Below are positions 13,305-25,260 of a stretch of 64,000 nt of DNA, one piece after another. The stretch comes from Eledone cirrhosa. Taxonomy: Eukaryota. The position numbers and the translations under genes are program-made. How positions within the stretch are numbered: the stretch's first letter is position 1; every line of letters begins with the position of its first letter. Under the pieces are notes generated by a model. It was not told where the DNA came from and made no database searches. It saw only the letters and a program-made list of their open reading frames with translations. The stretch is from NCBI GenBank assembly GCA_964016885.1, contig OZ024740.1, positions 351,416,001 to 351,480,000 of the forward strand, read 5' to 3'.

Positions 13305-13486
13305 AATTGTTTCCACTTTAGGCACAAGGCCAGCAATTACCCAGTGCATTACTGGTACTTTATTTTATCGACCCCGTAAGGATGAAAGGCAAAGTCAACA
13401 TCGGCGGGATTTGAACTCAGATCGTAAAGGGACGTAACTATGCTGGAAAGCATGGCGTCCGACCCTCTACCGATACTGCCAATCCA
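13305..13486 (-). mobile_element. tRNA-derived SINE family 1
   Basis: Reverse complement has A-box TGGCAGTATCGG, B-box GTTCAAATCC, body GCCTTTCATCCTTACGGGGTCGATAAAATAAAGTACCAG; more than 10 copies in the window. Confidence 0.85.
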
Positions 13487-13935
13487 AGATAATGAAATAC
13501 AGTAATACAATAATATAATATAATGTAACACAATATAGTACGGTGTGATAAATTGTACTTAGTATAATACAGCGTATGATACGCTTTAAAATACTTTCAA
13601 ATATGTCTATGTATAAATAATCAAACTCAGATAAATACATGTTGACATAGTCAAAACGCATAAATTTCATAGATCACAAAGTGCATATACCCACAATATA
13701 GATAGAGGTATAGTTATATTGATACTCAACTAAAAATATACATACGCATAAATAGATGCAAACATATACATACATCTACACATGTGCACACATTCATATA
13801 CACATATATTTATACATATATATATCTACATATACACACCTATATACACATATATATGTATGTATGCACACATACATACACGTACACACACACACATATA
13901 AACACTCATACACATATACTCGCATAGACACACAT

Positions 13936-13971
<36 letters not shown>

Positions 13972-14179
13972 TCCCATATCATACATCCATAGATACATAT
14001 TTACTCATGCAATTACGGGTGGTTGTGTACCTTGTTGACCTACGCATAAATCTAAGGAAGCTAAAACATTAAAAGGTAAGAAATAAGCATGAGTGCGTGT
14101 AATTATGGGAAAGGAATACTAACAAATGTTACTCTATATAGAATTATAGTGAGTTGCTATTTAGAATATTTAATTAGGT

Positions 14180-14697
14180 TTATAGTATTTAAATGTTCTT
14201 CGTATACGGTGATTACAAACTATGATCAGTTACTGCCTTTTATTTAATAAATCGTCCTTAGATTTAGTAATTTCCAAGATCTCCCCTGAACATAACCTGC
14301 ATTCTCTCCTGTTCCCAAGATATGGAGTTCTTTGTAGAATGGTGTTCCACGATAGCTTGAAATCTATTTTTTTCTTTTTATAATTATTTACTGCTTCAGC
14401 TAAAGATGTGGTGTTAGCTAGTTTAGTATTGTTAAAACTACTGGTGTGTGCGTAAAATCTTTTCTTAAATGTGTTTGATGTAGATTCTATATATGTTTTG
14501 TTGGAGTCAGTAGTAGACACAGTGCATTTATATATTACATTATTAATCAAACAGTTGCCATTTAAGGGCAAATGCTTCTATTTCTGCAATTACAACCATA
14601 CGTAAGATGGTTGTTGGGGGTACCTATATCGTTTTCATTAATCCTTGAGCTATTTCTATTGTAATTAATGTTAGCGGGAGAATGAAGGTTGCTTATT

Positions 14698-14700
<3 letters not shown>
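14180..14700 (-). pseudogene. Hydra-type PLE GIY-YIG endonuclease fragment
   Basis: CNCRNR..PLNGNCLINNVIYKC, TYIESTSNTFKKRFYAH, CRLCSGE; truncated by (TA)n. Confidence 0.85.
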
Positions 14701-14795
<95 letters not shown>

Positions 14796-14829
14796 AACGA
14801 TTTGCTTTCAGTCATCAGAATGAATTTTT

Positions 14830-14890
14830 TTTCATTCTGATGACTGAAAACAAATTTCTTTTGCTTTCAAGAAACCACTGGTAAATGAAA
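14830..14890 (+). ncRNA. Type I hammerhead ribozyme motif
   Basis: TTTCATT-CTGATGA-cTGAAAACAAA tttct TTTGCTTTCAa-GAAA-CCACTGG-TA-AATGAAA; short inverted duplicate at about 14801-14825. Confidence 0.85.
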
Positions 14891-14989
14891 TAATTATCTT
14901 ATGTTGTTTATTACATAACTATTAAGCTCTGTAACCTACATAGAGCACTCTTTTTTCCTGGACTTTTCCGACGGAATTACTTCATTTAA

Positions 14990-15030
<41 letters not shown>

Positions 15031-15032
<2 letters not shown>

Positions 15033-15387
15033 GTATATTTGGCAATATACTGTATGCTTAATTAAAAATATTTTGAAGACCTTGCGCTATTATTTTAAAG
15101 TAGTGACTATGTCACTTACTTCTTTTTTCAACAAACAAAGGGAGATAAGCTGACAGATCTGTTTCATACTGTTGGTAATCATCAGAGCTTAGCACTCGCT
15201 GATGCCTGTTGAAAATTATAGATATTGGATTCTTATAGAATTCCAGTAATAATCAGGAACTGATTGCCGGTCAGCAAAAATTAAAAATTAGGATTGGTGC
15301 TCTGAAATAGCGATGTATACATGAATATATGTATAGTATATTTAGCAATATACTGTATGCTTAATTAAAAACATTTTGAAGACCTTG
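15031..15387 (-). mobile_element. 303-bp retrozyme-like unit (1.2 copies), diverged relative of the 310-bp array
   Basis: Direct repeat 15031-15083/15334-15387; shares TTTTGAAGACCT, CTTATAGAAT, CAGGAACTG, TTGCCGGTC and TGCTCTGAAATAGCGAT with 6344-7173 in the same order; (TA)n flanks. Confidence 0.85.
15146..15191 (-). ncRNA. Type I hammerhead ribozyme motif
   Basis: Minus: TAAGCT-CTGATGA-tTAC caaca GTAt-GAAA-CAGATCTG-TC-AGCTTA; GUC triplet; palindromic ACAGATCTGT. Confidence 0.88.
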
Positions 15388-15390
15388 TGG

Positions 15391-15517
<127 letters not shown>

Positions 15518-15593
15518 AATACATACATACATATGAATTTACATGTATTGCATGTATGTGTGCATATATATATATGCATTACATACATACATG

Positions 15594-16128
15594 ATGGCTG
15601 CTCCCTCGTTATCGAGTATGGCCATTGCACGATATACCATTATTAATAATTATTAATGAATTCTATTGTGCAATGCCTGTGCGTGAAGATATTTTTTAAA
15701 GTGAGGAAAGACTGTGCACTGAGCCAATCCCACTCTCTAAGCGACAGTAGCTATAACCCGAAAAGAAAAAAGATCAACATCATCGGTAACTACTGAGCCG
15801 CAGGTTTTATATCGGAGTTATCCGAATTTCCTGAGTTGCCTTCTCCTAGAAGAATGCCCTGACAAAGGCTATGGGTCCTTCACTCCCAGTGGTTTAACCG
15901 CGCGGTACATGTGTATATACATATTTACACACTTTCGGATGGCCGTTGACTCTTATGAGTTCTTCCGCCCTTTGTCAGGTTTTGTTTTTTGTCCTGCAGG
16001 GTGTCCAAAATCACCTTCCTCCCCAAGTAAACTTGGTGGGGTTGCCGGCTTAATCACCGACGACCCGACCATGCGACAGGTTGCACTGGGTTACATGTTA
16101 CCAGAAGCACTCAAGAGTGACCCGGCAT
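15594..16128 (-). mobile_element. Non-autonomous, probably RTE-derived retroelement in (CATA)n
   Basis: GC-richer 535-bp island bounded by (CATA)n on both sides; resembles RTE-type UTR sequence from memory, not verified. Confidence 0.4.
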
Positions 16129-17094
16129 AACATACATACATACATACATACATACATACATACATACATACATACATACATACATACATACATACATACA
16201 TACATACAAATATACATAGTATACGTGTATGTGAGAGATATAAATTTAATATAGATATAACTATAATTTAATCTTTTAAACCGCACTGTGAAAACATTAA
16301 CAAATGCCAATGCATTTCGATTTTCTTTTATTCGAATACAGAACAGAAATGCATAGAGATTGCTTTCACATGTTTCATAGATAAGTAGCTGTTCACATGT
16401 AAACAACTACTCTTGTCATTTTAACTGTTATGAGAACTTTGATAAATCTCTATTTTTTGAAAAGCAGAAACCAAATTCTAACTTTAAAAACTAATATTTT
16501 CATGACGTATATTCATTCGATTATAATGTAATTCAATAAATGTTTATGCATAGCACTGTGTATATTAGAATATCTAAGATAAATTTAATATAGAAACAAC
16601 TAAACTGCTCAGTGAAAAGAAAATAATGTAAACATATTCAATTGCTTCTATTGCATATTTCGTACACACAAAAAAAAACATGCGGATTTATTTTATGTTT
16701 CACGGCTAGTTGGTTGTTCATCAGAAGACAGGAATACTTAGCTTTCTGCCTCCAAAGGGAACTTACACACATACCACACGTTTATATATATGTGTGTGTT
16801 ATGACGTAAATATGTTCATTTATGTGTGTTTTGGCACTGCTTCTTTGTGAAAAAAGTGCTCAATCCGCACTTGTGGAGGTTTTGTTGAGCGTTGTCTGTG
16901 AATGTTATTACTTGCATGCAATATTTTCACTCTGGTGTCCAGATGTTTTGGTTGCATAGATCTTCAATGGACTTCACCGGTGTTTTTTATGTTGCCTTAA
17001 AAATAGGCAACACATTTTCTGACTGGGTTTAGTGGAGATCAGCTCTTTTATTCTTCTTTTCTTTTCTTTATTTATGATTGCTGTTAGGGGATTT

Positions 17095-17242
17095 GGTGGC
17101 GAATTAGCAGAGTCGTTAGAACGTTGGATAGAATGTTTTATGATATCGTTCCGGCTCTCTGCTCTCTAAGTTCAAATCCTGCCGAGATCAATTTAGCCTT
17201 TCATCGTCGATAAAAAAGAACGAGTCTAGTACTGGGGTCGAT
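17095..17242 (+). mobile_element. SINE family 1 (diverged)
   Basis: GGCGAATTAGCAGAGTCG head, GTTCAAATCC B-box, GCCTTTCATC body. Confidence 0.7.
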
Positions 17243-17427
17243 TCTTCCTCTCTCTGGAAGAAATCTGCTGTACTCAAGCCAGGAGAGGGATGGGCTCCGC
17301 CAGGCTTAAAATACCCAAGAAACGCCGTATGTCAATACGGCGACTCTACGACTCAATCAAGAGTTACGGGGCCATACCATTGGGTGGTGTACTATTTGGT
17401 ATAAATTAATATTGCTATAAATATAAA

Positions 17428-17822
17428 GGTGGATGGCTGACAGAAACTTTAGAGCGTCGGACAATATGCCTATTGATGTTTAATGCAGGCATGGGCAACC
17501 TTTTTTCGATCAGTGAGCCGCATAGGATGTGGCTCATCATAATGCGGGCCGCACTACTACAACTTTCAAGGCAATTTTAAAATTAGGCGTGCCATTCAGA
17601 AAACCAAATGGGCCGCAGGCTGCAGTTTGGGCATGACTGGTTTAATGTTTAGTCACTGCTCTTTACGTTCTGTGTTCAGTTCCTTCCGCGGTCGACTTTG
17701 CTTTCCATCCTCCTAGAGTCGATAAAATAGAATACCAGTCAGGTACTGGGACGAATATAATCGATTAACACACACACCCCCTCCCTCAAAATTCCAGATC
17801 TTGTGCTTATGTTAGAAAATAT
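17428..17822 (+). mobile_element. SINE family 1 interrupted by a hAT MITE
   Basis: Head 17428-17485; body resumes at 17648 (CTTTCCATCCTCCTAGAGTCGATAAAAT). Confidence 0.7.
17486..17639. mobile_element. hAT-type MITE
   Basis: TIRs CAGGCATGGGCAA / TTGGGCATGACTG; perfect 8-bp TSD GTTTAATG. Confidence 0.85.
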
Positions 17823-17987
17823 TATTGCTATAAGTCAAAAAGAAATATATTGGAGAAAAATTATAGTATGAGAATTAATTATCATTGCTCAAATGACTCA
17901 AATTCGAATTCTATGAATCTAAATGATATCTGATTAAGCTGATTTATTCTAATTTCTTTAAAATATATAGCTCGATTTTTAACGTTC

Positions 17988-18077
<90 letters not shown>

Positions 18078-18118
18078 ATGATATTAATAAATGGAAACTA
18101 TATTTATAAAACCATATT

Positions 18119-18179
18119 TATCCTATTATATATATTTCAAGGGTACCACAATTTTGGTACGCTCTCATCAGATAAAATA
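18119..18179 (-). ncRNA. Type I hammerhead ribozyme motif
   Basis: Minus: TATTTTAT-CTGATGA-gagcGTACCA aaattg TGGTACcctt-GAAA-TATATA-TA-ATAGGATA; same family as 9217-9282; 5'-truncated copy at about 52338-52430 (+). Confidence 0.85.
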
Positions 18180-18258
18180 CAAAGTTTGTTTTATAAATAT
18201 TGACATATCCAGGAAGGAGATCTTAACGGTTCAAGTTTTTCCTAGGATCTCTCTCTCT

Positions 18259-18318
<60 letters not shown>

Positions 18319-18503
18319 AAAATTGCAAACTCGACTGTCACCACATATCATGAACCTGAAGATTGCGAAAGCATGAAAGTACTTGTTCAATTAACACTTA
18401 GAATTTAATATTCTATCATACTATTTCATTATAATACCATTATATATATTTTAAAGGATTGTAAATAAAACGAGTAAATCAGACAAAGTTGGAATTCCTC
18501 TTA

Positions 18504-18560
<57 letters not shown>

Positions 18561-18568
<8 letters not shown>

Positions 18569-19269
18569 ATAGATTAACGGAGCCATAGACTCTCGCTATT
18601 CCCTGTCAATAATGTGCTCAAAGGAGAAGAAATCCTGAGCTCTTTAAAATCAATATGTTGAAAAGGTAACACACTAGAGAGAGATAGTGCGCCATCAATA
18701 AAACAGGGAAAACCCACCAGTGTATGGAATCTAAAACCTATGAAAGGCAGGGCAGACACACGGTAATTAAAAATATAAATTAAAGTGTATATACATACCT
18801 CTATAACTATATAACACACAGTAACAAATCCAAAGAGATCTGTTTCGCCAATAATTTGTTGACAGAAATAAATAGCCCATGGTTCATCAGCGTCTGTAAG
18901 GCAACGCTAAGAGAATTTAAAGCGACTGTCCAGCTACACGTGGGAGTGAGAAGTCACAGCGTGTTTAGGGCAAGGAACCAGTAGTGTTTGAAGGACGAGC
19001 TGCTAGAAAGGGCAGCCCAAAACCACTCAGAGGAGTGTGCTCAACCAAACAGAGAGAGAGGAAAGACTGTTATAAGGAGCGAAATATCACGATAGATTAA
19101 CGGAGCCATAGACTCTCGCTATTCCCTGTCAATAATGTGCTCAAAGGAGAAGGAATCCTGAGCTCTTTAAAATACAATATGTTGAAAAGGTAACACACTA
19201 GAGAGAGATAGTGCGCCATCAATAAAACAGAGAAAAACCACCAGTGTATGGAATCTATAATCTATGAAA
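18561..19269 (-). mobile_element. 523-bp non-coding unit, 1.35 tandem copies (pLTR/retrozyme-like)
   Basis: Direct repeat 18561-18745/19084-19269; degenerate hammerhead core on minus at about 18830-18896 (CTGATGA-acca...tggc-GAAA-cagatc-TC) with a poor stem I. Confidence 0.7.
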
Positions 19270-19745
19270 CACTGTACGGCTAATAATTCGGGCTGTTTGT
19301 TTACAAACAAACCGAGCATTATAATAAATGTTCAGTAAACCCATACGTACATATATATATGTGTCTGTACGTCTGTATACATATATGTATGTACGTATAC
19401 ATACTTACATTTAAGTATCAGCCGTACTAAGAGTGAGAAATGAAATTTCATTTTTTCCATTTATCGTTGTAGGTACACCCGGCCGACTAACTCACTCGAT
19501 ATGCAAATTAGGCTGCTCAGCCGTTAATATGCATAAGGAAAGTATATACTTTCAAACGTTCAATCGACTGACAGGAAGGTATACGGTGCTGATGACAGCT
19601 AATAAGCTGGAAACTAGTTCATCGTTCCTTTGTCAGTGTTGAACAAAAGGGCAACGATGGTTGCCGAACACTATACGCCTAATAATTCGGGCTGTTTGTT
19701 TACAAACAAACCGAGCATTATAATAAATGTTCGGTAAACTCATAC

Positions 19746-19808
<63 letters not shown>

Positions 19809-19936
19809 CATGTATGTATGTATGTATATACATACTACTGTAGGTCTGTATACATATATGTATGTACGTATACATACTTACATTTAAGTATCAGCCGTAC
19901 TAAGAGTGAGAAATGAAATTTCATTTTTTCCATTTA
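19270..19936 (+). mobile_element. ~399-bp hammerhead-containing unit, 1.5 tandem copies
   Basis: 19270-19464 repeated at 19669-19936 (second copy has an expanded internal TA); hammerhead at 19583-19625. Confidence 0.8.
19583..19625 (+). ncRNA. Minimal type I hammerhead ribozyme
   Basis: ACGGTG-CTGATGA-CAGCT aata AGCTG-GAAA-CTAG-TT-CATCGT; stem I extended by CTGACAG/TTGTCAG. Confidence 0.88.
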
Positions 19937-20613
19937 TATATAAATATATATATATATAAAGTTATAAATTAGCTTATATGTATATATTTGCTAATTTATC
20001 ATTTTTAATTGTTAATTTAAAATATATTGTAAAATTTAATTTACGTTCATAAAAATAAATAAACGTTGCTAATGATGCTAAAAGTTAGCAAATTAAATTT
20101 GAAACAAACAGTAATTTAGCTAGTAATACTGATACATTTATCATTAATACAAGGAGTCGGCTTGTCCAACGAAATTAATTATTTTAACAAGAAGCAGATG
20201 TTTTGTGTATAATTTTGAATTATTTAATTTGCAATTGAAAATATTTATTCATTCTCTCATGCCATCGTGCCAGGTGGTGTGCTGCTATTGAGAGAGCGGG
20301 CCAGATAAAAGATACAGTCCAAAACGAAAGCAGGAAAAGTTGTATAAGAACATCAGAACCGTGTAAATCAAGTACCGAGGATCCACAATCACAACGGCCA
20401 CCCTGCTATGTCAGAAGCAGAACAGAAAGCGTGAAATGTTGAATACTTCAGCGAAGTTTCTAACAGTTCACCTCAACCGTAGCGGCTGTCGTACAAGAAA
20501 CGAAATAGATCTTCACTTGTATCTCGCATCACCAGAGAAAAGTTAATCTTGGCTATCCGATTCATTAATAACAGAAATGCCCTTCGACTAGACTACATCA
20601 GTGTACAATTTAG

Positions 20614-21432
20614 AGCTATTCAATGTAGTCCAGAGTACCTCTGTGTACAGCTATTCAATGTAGTCCAGAGTACCTCCGTGTACAGCTATTCAATGTAGTC
20701 CAGAGTACCTCCGTGTACAGCTATTCAATGTAGTCCAGAGTACCTCTGTGTACAGCTATTCAATGTAGTCCAGAGTACTTCAGTATACAGCTATTCAATG
20801 TAGTCCAGAGTACCTCCGTGTACAGCTATTCAATGTAGTCCAGAGTACCTCCGTGTACAGCTATTCAATGTAGTCCAGAGTATCTCTGTGTACAGCTATT
20901 GAATGTAGTCCAGAGTACTTCAGTATACAGCTATTCAATGTAGTCCAGAGTACCTCCGTGTACAGCTATTCAATGTAGTCCAGAGTACCTCTGTGTACAG
21001 CTATTCAATGTAGTCCAGAGTACCTCCGTGTACAGCTATTCAATGTAGTCCAGAGTACCTCCGTGTACAGCTATTCAATGTAGTCCAGAGTACCTCCGTG
21101 TACAGCTATTCAATGTAGTCCAGAGTACCTCCGTGTACAGCTATTCAATGTAGTCCAGAGTACCTCCGTGTACAGCTATTCAATGTAGTCCAGAGTACCT
21201 CCGTGTACAGCTATTCAATGTAGTCCAGAGTACTTCAGTATACAGCTATTCAATGTAGTCCAGAGTATCTCTGTGTACAGCTATTCAATGTAGTCCAGAG
21301 TACCTCTGTGTACAGCTATTCAATGTAGTCCAGAGTACCTCTGTGTACAGCTATTCAATGTAGTCCAGAGTACCTCCGTGTACAGCTATTGAATGTAGTC
21401 CAGAGTACTTCAGTATACAGCTATTCAATGTA
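20614..21432. repeat. 35-bp minisatellite, ~23 copies (degenerate copies continue to ~21750)
   Basis: Unit AGCTATTCAATGTAGTCCAGAGTACCTCCGTGTAC with a few recurring variants; no spacers. Confidence 0.97.
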
Positions 21433-21779
21433 GGTCCAGTCCAGACTATTTCAGTGTAGGGCTGTACAATGTAAACATACACCCTGACTGCCTCAGTGTA
21501 AAGCTATTCAATGTGTACACAGCCAACCTCAGTGTACAGCTATTCAATTTAGATCCAGAGTACCTCAGTATAGAGCTGTTCAAATTAGACTCAGACACGT
21601 CTTCTTCAATGTAGAGCTATTCGATGTAGACCAAAACGGGACTACCTCAGTGTGGAGCTATTCAGTATACGCCCAGCTTACCCCAGTTTAGAACTATTCA
21701 ATGTGGACCCAGACCATCTCAGTGTGAAACTGTTCCACATAAACCCAGAGCTTGAAGAGTAGGTATATCAATCTCTTTT

Positions 21780-23050
21780 ATACAGCCATATAGAAGGATA
21801 CTAAAGTGGCTAAGGTCTGGACAAAGAACACGATAGTAAATACTCCAGTGAAGATTTCCCTGCGAAACTAAAACAATTAATTTGGAATAGACCTTTTATC
21901 AGTAACAAACAAAATCCTTGCTAAGGTCATTGTCCAAAGAATCTCAAAAGCTGTGGACAACGAACTAAAGAAACGAAGAAAGCGCAGATAGACTTTCGGA
22001 GAACAAAATACACTAGACACATATTCACCTGCACGTTATTGAGTATAGCCCAAAATGGCAGATACAGCTGGATTTCGAGAAAGCCTTCAGCAACACCTTT
22101 AGAGACATCATATTGCACATACTTCACTTTGTATGGAATTCCACAACATATTTGTCCATTGTGTCAAGATCTTTTACGCTGTCTTCACATGCAAAGGTAG
22201 AAACATCGATCAATTTCGAAATGAAGATTGGAGTAAGGCCAGAATCCATGATGTCTGTGCTACTCTTATTCATAGCCACAGAGTAGTAAACAACTGAAAA
22301 TCAACCATAAAGCATTGGATGGATTTTCTTTTCAAAATTATGATCTTGTTTTTGCAGACGACATTGCACTCCTCACTTCTGCCTATTAGTGCATGTAGGA
22401 GAAAACATTCCATCTAAACAACTTTACACAGAAATTATACATGAAAATCAGCTAGAATAATTATATTTTACGACAATGAACATCTTAAATCCCTCATCAA
22501 TCAGAATAGATGGAGCAGACCTATTCACAATAAAAGAGTTCTTTCATTTGAGCAGTGTTGTCAGGCATAGCGAAGGAGTAGGTAATGGCATCAAAAACCA
22601 TCTCAGCAAAAAATGAAACAACTTCAACGTACGAAAGTATGAAATTCTACCCAATATTCCATCAACACCAAGCCGACACTTTACCAGAGCTGGATATTGG
22701 CCATATTGTTCTATAGTGCAGTATGTTGACGGATAACAAACAGTGACCTCATCAAACTTTAAATATCACATACAAACACTTAGAACATTGAGGACTTTCT
22801 GATCTAATACATTCTCTGATTATCAATTATTCTCCCAGTGCAGACGAGAGAGAATGGAAACCATCATCATGAGAAAGCAATGGAAATAGATCGGGAACGT
22901 CATCAGAAGAGATCAAAACAACATCAGCAAAAAGAGAAGAGGGGAATAACGAAAAGCATATGGCGTTGAACAGTGAAGAGAGAGTTAAAGATAATGACAC
23001 ATCCCTGGGGATCCATGAAATCTCTCGTTGCAGCCCTATATGTCAGTGAT
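21780..23050 (+). pseudogene. Degenerate RTE-clade LINE reverse transcriptase
   Basis: Decayed motifs KILAKVI..RI..AVD, DFEKAF, GVR..., LVFADDIALL, WK.IGNVIRRD; many stops and frameshifts. Confidence 0.8.
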
Positions 23051-23405
23051 AGATCCTTCATCAATTTCGATGCGGATCATTCAGTCGTTCGATCTAGTGA
23101 AGATCCAAGTTGTGAATAAACGTGTAAATAGTTACGTAATACATATACACGTGTATTCTTAACACAATTCCCTTACCAAATTAGCATCACAAAATGTACG
23201 ACACGGTTGGGCTTTTTGAATTATAAATACAATTCAACCGACGAGCTTCCTCGAAGTTTCTGCCTACCTAATTTTACTCACAGGGCTTGACTCGACACTA
23301 GTCTATGTTGCCACGTAGTGGTATCGAACTTAGGACCTCGTGATTGTGAAGTTCACTTTTTAAACACTTAACCAAGTCTGCGTCCATTATGTCAGTACAC
23401 AATGA

Positions 23406-23597
23406 GGGCGGTAGATTGGCAGTGTCATTAGAGCGTCGGACAAATACGTAGTAGTAGTATTTTCCGGCTCTTTACCATCTGAGTTCAAACCCTGCTGTGG
23501 TCAATTTTGTTTTTCATCCTTTCGGGATCGATAAAATAAAATTCTAGTAAAGTACTGGGGGTCGATATAATTGACTTTCCTCCTCCCACAAATTACT
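23406..23597 (+). mobile_element. SINE family 1 (diverged)
   Basis: GGCGGTAGATTGGCAG head, GAGTTCAAACCC, TTTCATCCTTTCGGGATCGATAAAATAAA. Confidence 0.75.
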
Positions 23598-23761
23598 GAC
23601 ATGTATCAAAAATAGAAGCCATTGTATCAGTAGATATAATGTGAATGACTAACTGCCTAATGGAAACGCGTATAGTTCTTTGGCATAGATTGGTGGGTGG
23701 GTGTTGGAAGCTGGACTGTATAAAGGTATTTAGAAATAGCAGTAGCCTATAATTGAACATA

Positions 23762-23927
23762 CCGTATCCCGGCATCGAAGACGCTACTTTTTTTCGTAAA
23801 ATAAGTCTCAAAAATCTACCATGCGTCCTGGGGGCCGAAGGTTGTTTATTATTTTTTTTCAAATTTTTACTTGTCAAAATTAGGGTGCGTCTTCAAGGAT
23901 GAAGCTCTTCGGCGCCGGGAAATACGG
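23762..23927. mobile_element. Tc1/mariner-superfamily MITE
   Basis: TIRs CCGTATCCCGGCATCGAAGA / TCTTCGGCGCCGGGAAATACGG; TA on both sides. Confidence 0.75.
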
Positions 23928-24204
23928 TAGTTAAGTTTAAAAGATTAAGTATTCTTTCACGAATGGCAGTAAGCTTAGTGAAGTTGGCTGGGGATTGGAA
24001 ATATACCGATTTATTTTCGAATTTTTAGAAGGCTGGTCGTCGAATATGTGGGTGATGTTGAGTAAAGTTTCGGTAGTTATTTTAGTAAGGAAGAAAAGTG
24101 TTTTTAATCTGAAAAACATATGTTGGTTTATTCGTAGAATGGTGAGCCTTCTATAGACATACGTATAGTCATACGGGCGAATATACGAAGTATGTGAGCT
24201 AAGA

Positions 24205-24238
<34 letters not shown>

Positions 24239-24325
24239 ACAAAGAGGGTGTGGTAAGATACCAGGTGGACCATAACGCACCTGGGTTCAGATCTAGCTGT
24301 CGAAACGGCCGGAGCTCAGCCGTCT

Positions 24326-24385
<60 letters not shown>

Positions 24386-24580
24386 CATGTCATGAACAAC
24401 CGTTCTCGCGATCATAACTGCAAAAGGTTTCTCTCCAGCACGCCAGCCCACAATTTCTCACTCATGTTAGTCTCCCCTCTCCACGCTACCAACGTTGCTC
24501 ATTTTTACTTACTGAGTGGACTGGAAGAGCGTAAAATTAAATTCTATCTTATGATCGTGATCCCAACTCTCTATATGATT

Positions 24581-24639
<59 letters not shown>

Positions 24640-24645
24640 ATATAT

Positions 24646-24676
<31 letters not shown>

Positions 24677-24677
<1 letters not shown>

Positions 24678-25051
24678 GTATAAATATTTCGTATCTCCAA
24701 AGAAATACGGTTTTAGGAAGACGTAGATATGCAAACACCGGGGGGCTAACGCCCTCTGGTGATGTCCAGCAGAAGCAAGGGGGACAACCGTCTATGCATT
24801 TCAGGCTTAACTGGCCTTCGTCAGGACCCCCCCCCCCCCACCGCTTGCGACTGCTGGACTAGAATACAGCCGAGAATATGGGAGGGACCGTCCTGACGAA
24901 GGCCAGTTAAGCCTGAAATGCATAGACGGTTGTCCCCCTTGCTTCTGCTGGACATCGCCAGAGGGCGTTAGCCCCCCCCCCCCCCCCCCGGTGTTTGCAT
25001 AGCTACGGCTTCCTAAAACCGTATTTGTTTGGAGATATGAAATATTTATAC
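24677..25051. mobile_element. Fold-back hammerhead-bearing element in (TA)n
   Basis: About 150-160-bp inverted arms 24677-24827/24890-25051, each carrying the hammerhead. Confidence 0.85.
24887..24930 (+). ncRNA. Minimal type I hammerhead ribozyme (inverted copy 24787-24827, minus)
   Basis: ACCGTC-CTGACGA-AGGC cagttaa GCCT-GAAA-TGCA-TA-GACGGT. Confidence 0.92.
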
Positions 25052-25119
25052 ATATTGTATAAAGCTATGCTTGAAGCGAAATCCTATTTCTCTTTTATAT
25101 ATATATATGTATATATATA

Positions 25120-25212
<93 letters not shown>

Positions 25213-25221
25213 TATCTATCT

Positions 25222-25260
25222 AATTTCTGATGAAAGACTAGCGTCCGAAACGTTATGACC
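25222..25260 (+). ncRNA. Degenerate minimal hammerhead (PLE pLTR family shared with 31278 and 42655)
   Basis: CTGATGA-aaGAC tagc GTCc-GAAA-CGTTA; stem I weak. Confidence 0.55.

Noticed and set aside
20614-21432. CRISPR-like 35-bp repeats
   Set aside because: Units are head-to-tail with no unique spacers, there are no cas genes, and the context is eukaryotic; it is a minisatellite.
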